Assembly (NCBI GenBank): GCA_002633005.1
Contig: NMRA01000071.1
Coordinates: 555,628 to 619,627 of the forward strand
DNA length: 64,000 nucleotides
From: Phoronis australis
Taxonomy: Eukaryota; Animalia; Phoronida
Reading direction: 5' to 3'
Below, piece after piece: positions 14,220 through 27,340 of this stretch; position 1 is the first letter of the stretch, and each line of letters starts with the position of its first letter. The position numbers were made by a program, and so were the translations under genes. Below the pieces are notes generated by a model that was not told where the DNA came from, made no database searches, and was given only the letters and a program-made list of their open reading frames with translations.

Positions 14220-16695
14220 ATGCTAACTAGTGTCATATTCATCTGCTCCGTTCTTACACACGCTGTCAGTGCTGGAGACACGTGTTCGTCTATCACATTC
14301 ACCAGGTACGGCCGTCCAGAGAAATGCAAGAAAGACGCTTACAATTTTGGGAACGAACTACAAGAATTGGAGGTGATGTCTCAAGGCGAATGCACGACCA
14401 AGTGTAACTCAAACGACCAGTGTAAATCTATCAATTATGAAAACAAGCAGACGTTCACATGTGAGCTGTCGTCTGCTGTTCCAGACAAAGAAGGTTTCAA
14501 CATGGACCGGCGGATGGGGTTTAGTTATTACCAGAAGGTAGGCTTGTAGAAATTAACAGTCACATCTTCACTAAAACGCCGTTACTATTATTATTATTGT
14601 TACCAGCTGGTTTACAGGATTATTACGACTGCCTTCTTCGATGGAAGTGTATAGCACTCGTACTAAGACGACATGTAAATATTTGACGCATATGCAATGA
14701 ATTACAAACAACAGTGAATGTAGGTGCCCAATGAGTTCGCTCGAAAAAGTGTCATGTTCCGCTGATGTTTATGTTCATAGTAAATTTTGTATCAGTTCAG
14801 CCGTGTAGGTTTGTAACTTCAGGTGGAACTCCATGAAAACTGAATGAGCCGTAACCACTATCTCTGTTGTCGTTACAGGGTGAACTTTCATCAACTGATA
14901 CATGCACCAAATACAAAGGTAATGTTGAAATTTATGTCAAGATAAAATTCGCTCACATTAAATATAAACTTCAACATCCATTGCAGTAACATACAGAGAA
15001 ACAGTCGTAACCATTGTTCGCCGTGTCTGCGAATAGGAAGATAGGAAGATCTTGATGCAAAAGCATTTCGGCCAGTTCACTTTATGTTTGAATATTTTGC
15101 CTAACAAAACCCATAGTCGTCAATTTACCTCTACGTCAAGAACACGTACCTGGCTTCCTTTACCGCTTATTAACTGCGCGCGCAACATCGGATGAGTGAC
15201 GTAGTTGCCATAACCATCTTATGTCTGCGGATATTTTCACATAACAAACGCAGTGGTCGACTAGCGAACGAACACAGCCAAAGAGCGTGAGGAAATATTA
15301 AGTTTAAGTAACCCCGGTAATTAAAATGTGGCTCAAACAATGCAGATTTATTTTCCCCGGTTCCTCGTTTTTTAGTCCACCGCTTGTTTTTTTAGTAAAA
15401 GGGACCACATTGTCACGAATTCGAGACCCCCTATATTTTAGGCTGGGTGTTCGCATGCAACCGTGCCTTGCCCGATTGCCCGAGACAGAATGTTGGGCCC
15501 CCTTATGATATCCTAGATCCGTCACTGACAAAGCACGCCAATGTTTGAAACTGAGAGTTAGGCCAATTACGTCATCTCACGTTTTTGCGTGCAGTTTTAA
15601 GGGCTAGAAAAAACAGCGCACGTTACATGTGTCTAGGATAAGCGAGAACGTCTACCTTCAGTAAAATGACTCAAAAAAACGTCTTTCTCCTTCAACGGAC
15701 TCCATTGTTACCGCCGGAGTGACCTAACTTAATGTAACTGAGTTTTGAACGGAAGTTTACCTGAACGTGTTGACTACAGTCTGCTTCAAACAATTAACCT
15801 CTTCCCAAAGTAAGCATTTTTACTGTCATTCAAATCTTGTTTTGTTTTTCTCACCATCCATCTACTATCAGACATTCTACTTGTTGCAGGTTGCAGTCAC
15901 CTCAAATGGATCGACTTTAACGTCGATACTCTCTGTCACCGCCACGACGCCCAAGGATCTTGGTTTAAAGACCCGCTGTCTCCGAACGAAACTGTATACT
16001 TCATGACATCATACAACAATGTTCGCACGCTCTACCTTCATCCCAATGAACAGGATTACAGGAATGACAAGAACAGAATCCAATACAATTTGCCGGTCGG
16101 TTGTGACGGCGCTCAGGGACTTGTATACGGCTCCAAACTATATTGCCCTGAGTATAACCAACCGAAGGTTTTGGTCTTTAATGTTCCGGATGTTAATAAT
16201 TATACGCGGATATCCTTTGAAAACGTCGACGGAAACACGGCGGGAAGGCGCGACCAATGTAGATACCCGTGGGGTGGTTACTCCGACATTGACATCGCGA
16301 CAGACGAATACGGTTTATGGGTAATTTGGGGCCGATACAACCAACACTGTTATTTTGCACTGAGTAAAATCAACACCGAGAACCAAACTATTGATACAAC
16401 ATACTATTTCTCAGTTGACAAACGCTCGCATGGTCAAGCGTTCATGGTCTGCGGTGTGCTGTACGTTGTCAACACCCACAACAGTAATCCGTCCTGGATC
16501 CGCTACACTTTCAACACACATAACGAAACGCTTACAAGTTTCCCAATTCGCGGCAACACAATTATGTTCCCGACAAAACACAGCTACAACGTTTACACCA
16601 ACTATTATCACAACGAAATCACGGGCGAGCGTTTTATAGCTATGTGGGACAGCGCACGTCACACAAAATTGTCTGTTACTATGTACGACCCCTAG
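14220..16695 (+). CDS. Secreted PAN/Apple-like + olfactomedin-domain protein, copy 1 (3 exons, 387 aa)
   Basis: Exons 14220-14537 (phase 0, AAG|gtaggc), 14879-14918 (cag|GGT...AAAG|gtaatg, phase 1) and 15890-16695 (ttgcag|GT) join into a 1164-nt open frame. Signal peptide MLTSVIFICSVLTHAVSA. PAN-like Cys pattern ECTTKCNSNDQCKSINY...CELS. Olfactomedin motifs GSWFKDP, YPWGGYSDIDIATDEYGLWVIW, AFMVCGVLY. Confidence 0.9.
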
Positions 16696-16776
16696 TGCAG
16701 GACATGCTCATCCGGGTATTTGGTAGCTTTACCTTGAATGACAACTGAGTGAGGGAAGCACTTAAGTGAAATTTTT

Positions 16777-17402
16777 GATGTTGTATGAGTACATGCATAT
16801 CTTTGTATGAGTGCATGCATGTCTTTGTATGAGTACATGCGTATCTTTGTATGAGTACATGCATATCTTTGTATGAGTACATGCATGTCTTTGTATGAGT
16901 ACATGCATGTCTTTGTATGAGTACATGCATGTCTTTGTATGAGTACATGCATGTCTTTGTATGAGTACATGCATATCTTTGTATGAGTACATGCATATCT
17001 TTGTATGAGTACATGCATATCTTTGTATGACTACATGCATATCTTTGTATGAGTACATGCATATCTTTGTTTTGATGTTGGATGAGTACATGAAAATCTT
17101 TGTTTTGATGTTGTATGAGTACATGCATATCTTTGTTTTGATGTTGTATGAGTACATGCATATCTTTGTTTTGATGTTGTATGAGTACATGCATATCTTT
17201 GTTTTGATGTTGTATGAGTACATGCATATCTTTGTTTTGATGTTGTATGAGTACATGCATATCTTTGTTTTGATGTTGTATGAGTACATGCATATCTTTG
17301 TTTTGATGTTGTATGAGTACATGCATATCTTTGTTTTGATGTTGTATGAGTACATGCATATCTTTGTTTTGATGTTGTACGAGTACATGCATATCTTTGT
17401 TT
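16777..17402. repeat. Compound 22-bp then 33-bp minisatellite
   Basis: TTTGTATGAGTACATGCATATC repeats, followed by TTTGTTTTGATGTTGTATGAGTACATGCATATC repeats. Confidence 0.95.
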
Positions 17403-18309
17403 AGTTACATAAGTACGTAAAAACAGGGCTCGGCCCTTAGCATAACGTCAACTTGGCAAATGCGACTCGGCACAATTCCCACGTCGCCAAATGGGAAATG
17501 AGTTGCAGGTACTTACCTATTTTCCCGTTCGAATAAAAACAAAAGAACAACGCCGTGAGGACGTTTTTTCTTGTTTGCTAAACTCATACACATTTCAAGT
17601 TCGGCTTTACAAAAAAACGCTTTTACAGCGGACATTTCGCTTTCGTTCTGCTACAACCTAGAGCAGATGATCTGAAAACATTTTTGCACAATATCATGGG
17701 CGGTGCAGCACTGAAAAAAGTGGGGTTCGCCGCCCATGCACATGCGTCATGGTCGAGCCCTGCCGTTTTTTGCCGAACAGTTCCAATCCCGCCTGTTTAC
17801 TTCCTATAGTAGTTTGATCACGTGGTGGGATGTGTGCGGAGGGTTGCAGATCTACCGAGTTCACGAAATAGATACAAACTTGAAAACCAAAGGTATTGAG
17901 GATACACGTTATTGATTTTAAAGTCAACACAAATTTGGAGAGAATTACAGATCATGAATTATTTTTGTTCGACTTCTGAATTGGTTGGAACTTTAATTAA
18001 TCCGGAGACCTCGTGGCGACTTGCGATTTTATGCATGTCGCCAAACAAAATCTGAGGTCGCATTGGTCAAATTGAACCTGTTGGATATTTATATTTAGTT
18101 TGCTGACAATTTTGAAAACTTTCGAATATATGGACAAAACGCAATGCATTGTGTAATAAAACAACTTATGTAATACGCCCTTCACTGTTACACTGTTAGA
18201 CCTTTCCATTGGTGAACCCATTATCGTTTCACACGATTAGTTTTAATCACCAAGGCAGTTTGACTGTCAAGGGAAGTGCAAGTGCTTCTCAATGTCAGCT
18301 CTCACAGCT

Positions 18310-19050
18310 AGCCGAGAGCGCTACGTATGTTTTAGGGGTGCACAGGTGTGCTGCCAATGCAGTCCTTGATGGCGACTCGGGATGGCAAAATTCACCCTAC
18401 AAACAACATGAAAATATGCCAAGGCTTAAGAATTATTTAGTCCGAATGGATGAAAACAGAATTGCAAAAAAGTCTTTTTATGGGACATTTAGCATCGAAA
18501 TTCTAGCAACTGGTCCAGTTCAATATTCAGAATTATCCAGAAATGCGATATTTTTAGAAAGTTTTAGGAACAAAGAAATTGTGTCTCTCAATAGCTTCAA
18601 AGCATTCAGTTTCCAGTTAGAAGAATTAAACTGCTTAAAAATAGTAGCTAAGAAACCAAAACTGCGCTTATATAAATCTGTTGAGTAGAAGAGTAATAAC
18701 GTCTACCGATGTCTCAGAGGTCGGTCAATAGCCCGATTGAGAGAAGGTATTCTACCACATTGGAAGTTGAGGTGGGGCGGTACTCTAAAACTTCTGTAAA
18801 TGAACGGATTTCCTATGTTCATAAAAGCCGAATTGAAGATGAAGTACATCTCGTTTTGATTATGAGAAATATCGTCATATTAGACCGGTTTTATACGGAG
18901 TTCTGCCCCACCTCAAATATTCCAAAATAATTTGAAAGGTCTAACAAAATTCATTCAAGACGCTTTGCAGGTTAAAAGAAATTATCTATAGTTGTCAGAT
19001 TTCCCTTGAGTGAGAGTATTATATTATGTTATGGTTTGATTGTTATAAGG
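18310..19050 (+). mobile_element. 5'-truncated non-LTR retrotransposon (L2/CR1/Crack-type) ORF2 C-terminal relic
   Basis: Peptides VLGVHRCAANAVLDGDSGW, LVRMDENRIAK, LEVEVGRY..NERI and IEDEVHLVL match the post-RT tail of this LINE group; the frame is broken. Confidence 0.75.
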
Positions 19051-19637
19051 TGACTCAAATTAGACAAAATGCGGGTTACGTTACTGGGGTAGCACGCATT
19101 GGTTCCAGAAACACGACATCTGTTGGTGATTCAGTGTCCAGTGATGCATCTTCTGCATTCATGGCGTACATCTGTTTATATCAAACTTCCTAGTACATGC
19201 GACGCTTGGCACTCCTTGCTGAACACTTAATTGTCACGAGGGTGGTCCGACGCCAGGACAGAACGTGCAACGTTGGGAATTGGCCCGGGACCGAGCCGAC
19301 GTCACTGGGGTACGTGGTTTTTGTTGTTTGGGTTGCTTTTATCGCCGATAGGTCTTCTGGAGATGGCTGCAAATAGCGTTAACAGCTGGTGCAAATTACA
19401 TACTTTGGTACTGACTTTCACCTGTCTTGTCTGCTTTGTCTAATTCACGAGCTTAAGCAAAAGTTAAAGCTTTGAATTTTGGAAACACTCTGCAAGGTGC
19501 GTGCCCTGTCGGCCTCAGGCCAAAACGAGGCAGTCTCACAGAAATCGGTCACGAGTATCAGGGGGGTTAACCGGCATCGCTGACCAGTGTTTGAAGGCGT
19601 GCTATGAACTCCTCCAGTGTCAAATTCTGTTGTTAAG

Positions 19638-19888
19638 CATGCGCGCACCCAGGGGGGCCCGGAGAGGTTGGGCTCCCCCCATTTGGCGAAGTGGGCAAAA
19701 AGGTCCGCCCCCGAGAGACAAAAAGTCCGAGAAACTGGGACAAAAGTCCACTAAATAATCGCAAACGCGCACTTCATAGTGGCGCTTCCGTTTTTTTTAT
19801 TTTTTTAGTCCGCCCGCTCTTTTGTTAGCAAAAGGTACACTACGTCAGGAATTCGAGCCCCCCATATTGAAGGCTGGGTGCACGCATG
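19638..19888. mobile_element. MITE family C (CATGCGCGCACCCAG TIRs)
   Basis: CATGCGCGCACCCAG...CTGGGTGCACGCATG with TSD TTAAG. Related copies at about 27964-28181 (nested in the 3.2-kb element) and about 47808-48063 (inverted). Confidence 0.75.
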
Positions 19889-20707
19889 TTAAGCATGCCG
19901 AACTTCACATGTAGTCGTCATTTTGTTGGAGCAAGGCTTGACAATTTTTTCACGTTTGTTCCAATAGTTTTGCAACACATTAGTGGCCTCAGCATAAGTC
20001 CCCAGCTGTTACATATCTCCAGACCTCGGCTGCAAGCCCATAAATAAGAGGTGTACTTTCTTGGCCATAGGACAAGTGAATAACAATTCACACTGTTACC
20101 TGCACATTTTATACCTATAGAGTATATGTTAAGGTCCATCGATAGGTCCTTTGAATGATCTTTGACTAAATACGCTGCCGCTATGGTTCTGACACCATGT
20201 TATAACACGCAAAACTGAGTGAAAGTCAAACTTTATATTAAGAAAACCAAATGACCTTTAACATGAGGGATGTCCCACTCAAATAGGCCTACCCTTATTA
20301 TTTAAGCGTACCACAGCAATAGAAAAATTGGTATGTTCATCACGTGACCATGATCAGTGAATATTGACTTTATTAGCTTGCGTACGGAGTGTTGCGTCAA
20401 ACAAACATCCACTAATCAATAGTTTCTAAACCCCACGTACACATATCAATCAGCCCAAAACGATTATTGCTTTTAGGACAGTAAAGACGCTCTCAGAGCA
20501 AGGGTTGCAGATCCACGGGAAAAATTGAAGTGCGTGACTGAAATACGACGGACGTGTAGTAAATACCACATGACAAGCCTGAAGTGTTATAACAGATACA
20601 ATCCACAAGCAAAAGTAGGTCTAATACGGCTGTAACCTTTTATTGTTGTATCATCCCTGGGATTCTGCAAAATATCGGTCATCTAGCAGCGACCTCAGTC
20701 AACCACT

Positions 20708-23357
20708 ATGTTTACTAGTACAGTGATCATCTGCTCCGTTCTTACACATGTTGTCAGTGCTGGCGACACGTGTTCGTCTATCACGTTCACCAGGTACGGC
20801 CGTCCAGAGAAGTGTAAGAAAGATGCTTACGTGTTCGGGAACGAACTGCAAGAATTGGAGGTGATGTCTCAAGGCGAATGTACGACCAAGTGTAACTCGA
20901 ACGACCAGTGTAAATCTATCAGTTATGAAAACAAGCAGACGTTCACGTGCGAGCTGTCGTCTGCTGTTCCAGACAAAGAAGGTTACAACATGGACCGGCG
21001 GATGGGGTTTAGTTATTACCAGAAGGTAGGCTTGTAGTATTTAACACTCAACTCTCCACTAAAATATTTTCACTCTTATTGTTGTTTTCACCTGAAATGT
21101 TGCGACTGTCTTCTTGGATGGAGGCTTGCGGTACTCGTACAAATTAAGACGACACGTAAATATTCGACGCATGTGTAATCAGCTACAAACAACACTGAAT
21201 GTAGGTGCGCAATCAGTGCGTTCGAAAAAAAAATTCATATTCCGCTGACATTTTTGTTCATAGTAAATCTTGTCTCCTTAACATCTGTCTTCGATCTCGT
21301 TACAGGGTGATCTTTCATCAACTGATACATGCACCAAATACAAAGGTAATGTTAAAATTCTTGTCCAGATAAAATTCGTTGACATTAATTATTAATTTCA
21401 ACATCCGTTTCAATGACATACACAGAAACAGACTTAAATTGTTCGTCGTTTCTGCGAATTGGAAGATAGGAAGATCTTGATGCAAAAACATGTGGGCCAA
21501 TTCGGGTCATGTTTTGAGTTTTTTGCCTAAGAGTACCCCTGACCATCAATTTACTTTATCAAAGTTGGTCTCGGAGTTTTTCGTAGTCTGTCAAGTTCTA
21601 TACATATATTGACCTCTTTATCATAATATCAGCTGAATTTTCATAAAAATTTTCAAATTAAGGATAAATCTAGTTAATTTTTGGTAAGAGAACCTATTTG
21701 TTTTAGTATTATTAGTTTTGCACCAGATCAAAATAGATGCCTTTGATTAGTTAAATTTTGGCGGCCACATTGGATTTATGCAAATGAGGTGGTTTAACAT
21801 TATGAGGAAAATGTTACAACGCCATTTTGATAGATTTCTAGTTAGTAAAGTACCATTATCTTGCCTTAAAATGTGTTATCGTCTCTCAGGCAACACACCG
21901 TGTTACTTGGCGGCCATTGTGTTGTTCGAGATTTGACCCTCATAAGACTCAGCGTGTCAAAAAGTACCACTGTGCCAAATTTGGTGCTTTAATCCGAGGT
22001 GTAAACGTTTTTGGGTTATGGGCCTGGACTATTAACGCCAAACACATCTGTGAACGACTTATTAACTGTGCATGCAGCATTAGATTAGTCACATAGCTGG
22101 CCTAACCATCTGATATCTTCCGCTCTTTTCACATAAAAAACACAATGGCCGACTTACGAATACATACATGGTTCGCAATTGGGTTTGAAGTGAGATGATA
22201 GAAACGGAGATTTAGACCGATTACCTCTACTCACGTTTTTTGCGTGCACGGTTTTAAGGGGCAGCGAAACATAGCTCACGTTACATGTGTCTAAAATAAG
22301 TAAGAACTTCTATTTCCTGTAAAAATGACACAAAGACAAACGTCTTTCTTCTCCAACGGACTCCAGCGTTACCGCCGGAGTGACTTAACTTAAATGCAGC
22401 TGAGTTTTGAACGGAAGTTTACCTGAACCTGTTGACTATAGTCTGCTTCAAACAATTAACCTCTTCCTAGAGTAAGCATTTTTACTGCCATTCAAATCTT
22501 GTTTTGTTTTTCTCACCATTCATCTGCTATCAGACATTCTACTTGTTGCAGGTTGCAGTCACCTCAAATGGATCGACTTTAACGTCGATACACTCTGTCA
22601 CCGCCACAACACCCAAGGATCTTGGTTTAAAGACCCGCTGTCTCCGAACGAAACTGTATACTTCATGACATCATACAACAATATTCGCACGCTCTACCTT
22701 CATCCCAATGAACAGGATTACAGGAATGACAAGAACAGAATCCAATACAATTTGCCGGTCGGTTGTGACGGCGCTCAGGGACTTGTATACGGTTCCAAAC
22801 TATATTGCACTGAATACAACCAACCGAAGGTTTTGGTCTTTAATGTTCCGGATGTTAATAATTATACGCGGATATCCTTTGAAAACGTCGACGGGAACAC
22901 GGCGGGAAGGCGCGACCAGTGTAGATATCAATGGGGTGGTTATTCCGACATTGACATCGCGACAGACGAATACGGCTTATGGGTAATCTGGGGCCGATAC
23001 AACCAACACTGTTACTTTGCACTGAGCAAAATCAACACCGAGAACCATACTATTGAGACAACGTACTATTTCTCAGTGGACAAGCGTTCGCATGGTCAAG
23101 CGTTCATGGTCTGTGGGGTGCTCTATGTTGTCAACACCTACAACAGTAATCCGTCCTGGATCCGCTACACCTTCAACACACATAACGAAACGCTTACAAG
23201 TTTCCCAATTCGCGGCAACACGATTATGTTCCCGACAAAACACAGCTACAACGCTTATACTAACTATTATCACAACGAAATCACGGGCGAGCGTTTTATA
23301 GCTATGTGGGACAACGCACGTCACACAAAATTGACTGTTACCATGTACGACCCCTAG
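20708..23357 (+). CDS. Secreted PAN/Apple-like + olfactomedin-domain protein, copy 2 (3 exons, 387 aa)
   Basis: Exons 20708-21025, 21306-21345 and 22552-23357. Exon sizes (318/40/806), phases and motifs match copy 1, with only scattered amino-acid differences. Confidence 0.9.
21566..22031. mobile_element. Insertion in intron 2 of olfactomedin copy 2 (Academ-like right end)
   Basis: Absent from the paralogous intron of copy 1; ends in GGCCTGGACTA (TAGTCCAGGCC-type terminus). The left end is degenerate. Confidence 0.45.
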
Positions 23358-25209
23358 TGCAGGGCAGGCACATCCGGGTATTTGGTAGCTTTACCTCGAA
23401 TGACAACTGAGTGAGGGAAGCGCTGAAGTGAACTTTTCGATTTTATTTGTGTACATACATATCTTTACTTAGTTTTTAAATACGCACTGACATGGGTCGC
23501 CGCCTAACATTCTTTCAACTCGCTACATGGGACCCGGCAAATTACATAGTTCGTCAAATGAGAAATTGGCTTTCCACTGAAAAAAGGAAGTCAACACAAT
23601 TTTAGAGCGAATTAAAAATCACGAATTGTTGTTTCTGTGACTTCTTACTTGGAATTCGCAATACTCCCGCGACATCGTGGCGACTTTGCACCAGGTTGTC
23701 AAACCGAGGTCGTATTGGCGAGTTTCAGATTGCAAATCGAACCTAATGCATTTTTATATTTAGTTTGATGAATATTCTGAAAAAAATTGGATATATGGAA
23801 AAATCAAAGCCTTGTGTCATAAAACAATTTTTGTTGTAGGTCCGGTACTAATTCCTGGTGTTACTGTTACAAAATCGGTATCACCTTATTACTCATATCG
23901 ATCAGTAAAGCCACTTTTGGCTTCACGCAAGATCCATTAAGCTGGTTGGTACCCCGGATTACATTAATCACCACGATAGTCTGGCAGTCAAAGGAAGTCT
24001 TGGGGATTTTTTGAAGCCAATTTCAATTCAAACTACTGATATGACCCACGTGACGATGGTTGGAGCAGTAAATGCGCAGAAAAGTTGATGTTATTAACAC
24101 ATGGGGTCAACTCGTGAAAAGTGACTTAAAATCAGACTCAATCAGAAATTTGATCCTACGCCCCACACAACTATTTCTGAATATTACTAAAATCTCGTAT
24201 CAGCTAAAGTACAGTCTCTTTATTTATTACTGAGATAGGCCTATACAATATATGGCCACCCTTCCTTATTACTGAGATAGGCTGTAAAGCGTAAGACTGA
24301 ATTTATGACTCAAATCTTAAATTATTTTTCAGGCTCAGAACACGATTTGTAGCGGCTCTAAGAAGAGCACACATTGGCCAGTTGCAAGTCGCCATATCGA
24401 GTCTGACACATGCCGTGGCATGCTTTTAGCAACGCCCAACCATTCCGTTTTCATTCAAAACATCACAAAAAGAAGATTGTGTCAAGGAAAGTAAACCCAA
24501 TTATCAGTGCCTGGGCACCTTTTGTATCGTCATTGATTTTCAATATTAGTTGAGTTATTTATATTTACCTATTAATTGCGAACGAATAAAACTTTGGTCG
24601 ATCAATATCATGTATTCCAATATTGTGACTGAGATGGTCGCGGCATGTTTGTTAAATCTAAATTGACGCAGTTCCCTTCCGTTTTATAAATCATTACTAC
24701 TAAGCAATAGAAAGTGTTTATTTATTACCTAAGTCATATTCCACAATAAAATTTTTATCAGTGTTTTAATTATGGAATGCAAGAAGATCGGATGTCTCAG
24801 TTGTGAATGTTCAAAAGTGTTACTGAGACTCAAACACCCAAAACTACTATTGGTTCACTCCAAAAATACGCTTGATAAAGCTCTCAATTAACACTGTTCT
24901 AATGTGCGTTCATTGCTTATTGATTATTTGAATATGAAAAACCATTCATGATACGCGATGGTTAATTGATCAGGACCAGCATGGGGTCAAAGTAGGCATT
25001 GCAGAGAACAGTTTGGTGTAATTAGTATTGACCAACATTGCACTTCTTTGCATGACTGACGCTAGCGTGCAGCAGCAATGTTTGCACCACTGCATACGTG
25101 GAGATACGAGTTAGGCTGGCTGCATACACTGAAGTTTACCTTACGTCATTCCCGCACAATGCGAAGCTCAATACTCAATGAACTGTAAACTACGTACGTA
25201 AAATCCGGG

Positions 25210-25430
25210 AACATGTAGTATACTCGGTATATACGGTTACAATGTAGTATACACGCTATAAACGATCATGTAGTATGCACGGTGTATACGGTTACAAAGT
25301 AGTATACACGGTGCATACGGTTACAGTGCAGTCTACATGGTATATACGGATAAAATGAAGTATACACGGTACATGTGGTTACAACATAGTAGAATTACAC
25401 GGCATATACAGTTAAAATGTAGTATACATC
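25210..25430. repeat. Degenerate minisatellite
   Basis: Recurrent TGTAGTATACACGGTATATACGGTTACA variants. Confidence 0.7.
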
Positions 25431-26014
25431 GATTCAAGGAAAGAATTCTTTAAGGGAACATTCGTACAAAACTGCTTACATTTTCATTTTGAACAATATT
25501 CTTGCTTTTCTGACTAAATTCAACACGGCAATGTCTTACGTAATCTCGCGAGTCTTGCATTTTAGCGACGTCCTAAAGTTACTGAATGGGAGGCAGGACT
25601 CAGCGCAGGGTCATAGAAAGGTGCCAATAAATTCAACTTCGACAAACTCCGGCGTACTCTGACCTCTTACGGCCCTTCTCCACACTGAAGTAAAAAGTCA
25701 TTTACAATGAACAGTAACAGTTTTGAACCAATTTGTGTGAGACCCATGACATTAAAACTGCAATCACAAAGCTATGTTATTCCACTGATGTTCATTGAGA
25801 AATGAGAGAGAACAAACATTGAAGAATTGACCTACATTTACCAAATTATTGGAGTTTTAATTTTGACTCCTAAATTGCTCATTTTGGTCTATTACGGTGT
25901 TTCAATATTTCAATAGTATAAAAAAGCTGTAACAGAAATTGCTTAAAAAGTCCGTTTTTGTAAAGTTAAGATGAGTCACTTGTCTTCAGAAGTACCTGAG
26001 TACAAGGCAAACGC

Positions 26015-26330
26015 TGCTGTAGTTCCATCCAATTGTGCTTGCCTCACATTTATAGTACCCGCTGTAGTTCCATTCAATAAAGCCTGCCTCACGTTTATAG
26101 GACCCGCTGTAGTTCCATTTGAATGTACGTTGCCTCACATTTATAGTACCCGCTGTAGTTCCATTCAATAAAGCCTGCCTCACATTTATAGTACCCGCTG
26201 TAGTTCCATTCAATAAAGCCTGCCTCACATTTATAGTACCCGCTGTAGTTCCATTCAATAAAGCCTGCCTCACGTTTATAGTACCCGCTGTAGTTCCATT
26301 CAAATGTACGTGGCCTCACATTTACAGTAG
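26015..26330. repeat. ~45-bp minisatellite, ~7 copies
   Basis: Unit GTACCCGCTGTAGTTCCATTCAATAAAGCCTGCCTCACATTTATA. Confidence 0.95.
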
Positions 26331-26676
26331 GCCTACTCGCTGTAGACGTCATTGTCAAATTATTAATTTTTTCATATGGTGATATAAATTACTAATTATG
26401 TGTGACGAATTATATGTGAAAATATAAGAATGTCGAACGTGGGGGTCAATTTCCTTCTTGTTGTGTCCGTTTACTTGGAACATTATGATATTCAGATTTT
26501 ATTCTTAAATGTAGGTTTTAATGACCCAGACCAAAAACAAAACATTTGCTGTTACACTGCTTGCAGACAAGTTATGTCTATTCTTTAGGTTTGTCGTTTT
26601 TGTTCAGATCAGTACAAAATGAACTTTTACCGCAAACTATCTTCATCAAAATGATGTCCTTTTATCATCACATAAA

Positions 26677-27110
26677 CACATCACAACATACATATATTCA
26701 CATCACAACATACATATATTCACATCACAACATACATATATTCACATCACAACATACATATATTCACATCACAACATACATATATTCACATCACAACATA
26801 CATATATTCACATCACAACATACATATATTCACATCACAAAATACATATATTCACATCACAACATACATATATTCACATCACAAAATACATATATTCAGA
26901 TCACAACATACATATATTCACATCACAACATACATATATTCACATCACAAAATACATATATTCACATCACAACATACATATATTCACATCACAACATACA
27001 TATATTCACATCACAAAATACATATATTCACATGACAACATACATATATTCACATCACAACATACATATATTCACATCACAAAATACATATATTCACATC
27101 ACAAAATACA
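26677..27110. repeat. 22-bp minisatellite, ~20 copies
   Basis: Unit CACATCACAACATACATATATT. Confidence 0.95.
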
Positions 27111-27340
27111 AGTTTTCGTAATCTCAGTCTACACTTGACTGGTCAAGTTACACTTGACTGGTTTCAACTAAGCCGCTACATTGCTCAAAGGAATACCTGT
27201 GACAGCGACCTCCATCTACCTTCGATTTTACATATTACTTCATTTTGTTTGAATCACTGACGTGTTATAGTTTATATATGAGCAGGTACGACCACAGGCA
27301 GTCTCATCAGTCGCTCGACGTTATATACTATAATATATTA

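Noticed and set aside
16679-17404. Long repetitive ORFs (up to 237 aa) on both strands
   Set aside because: They are translations of the 22/33-bp minisatellite; likewise the ORFs at 2708, 25986, 26546, 31625, 41376, 44633 and 55422.
19190-19380. GC-rich segment as a possible tRNA or tRNA-derived SINE
   Set aside because: No convincing A/B boxes or cloverleaf.
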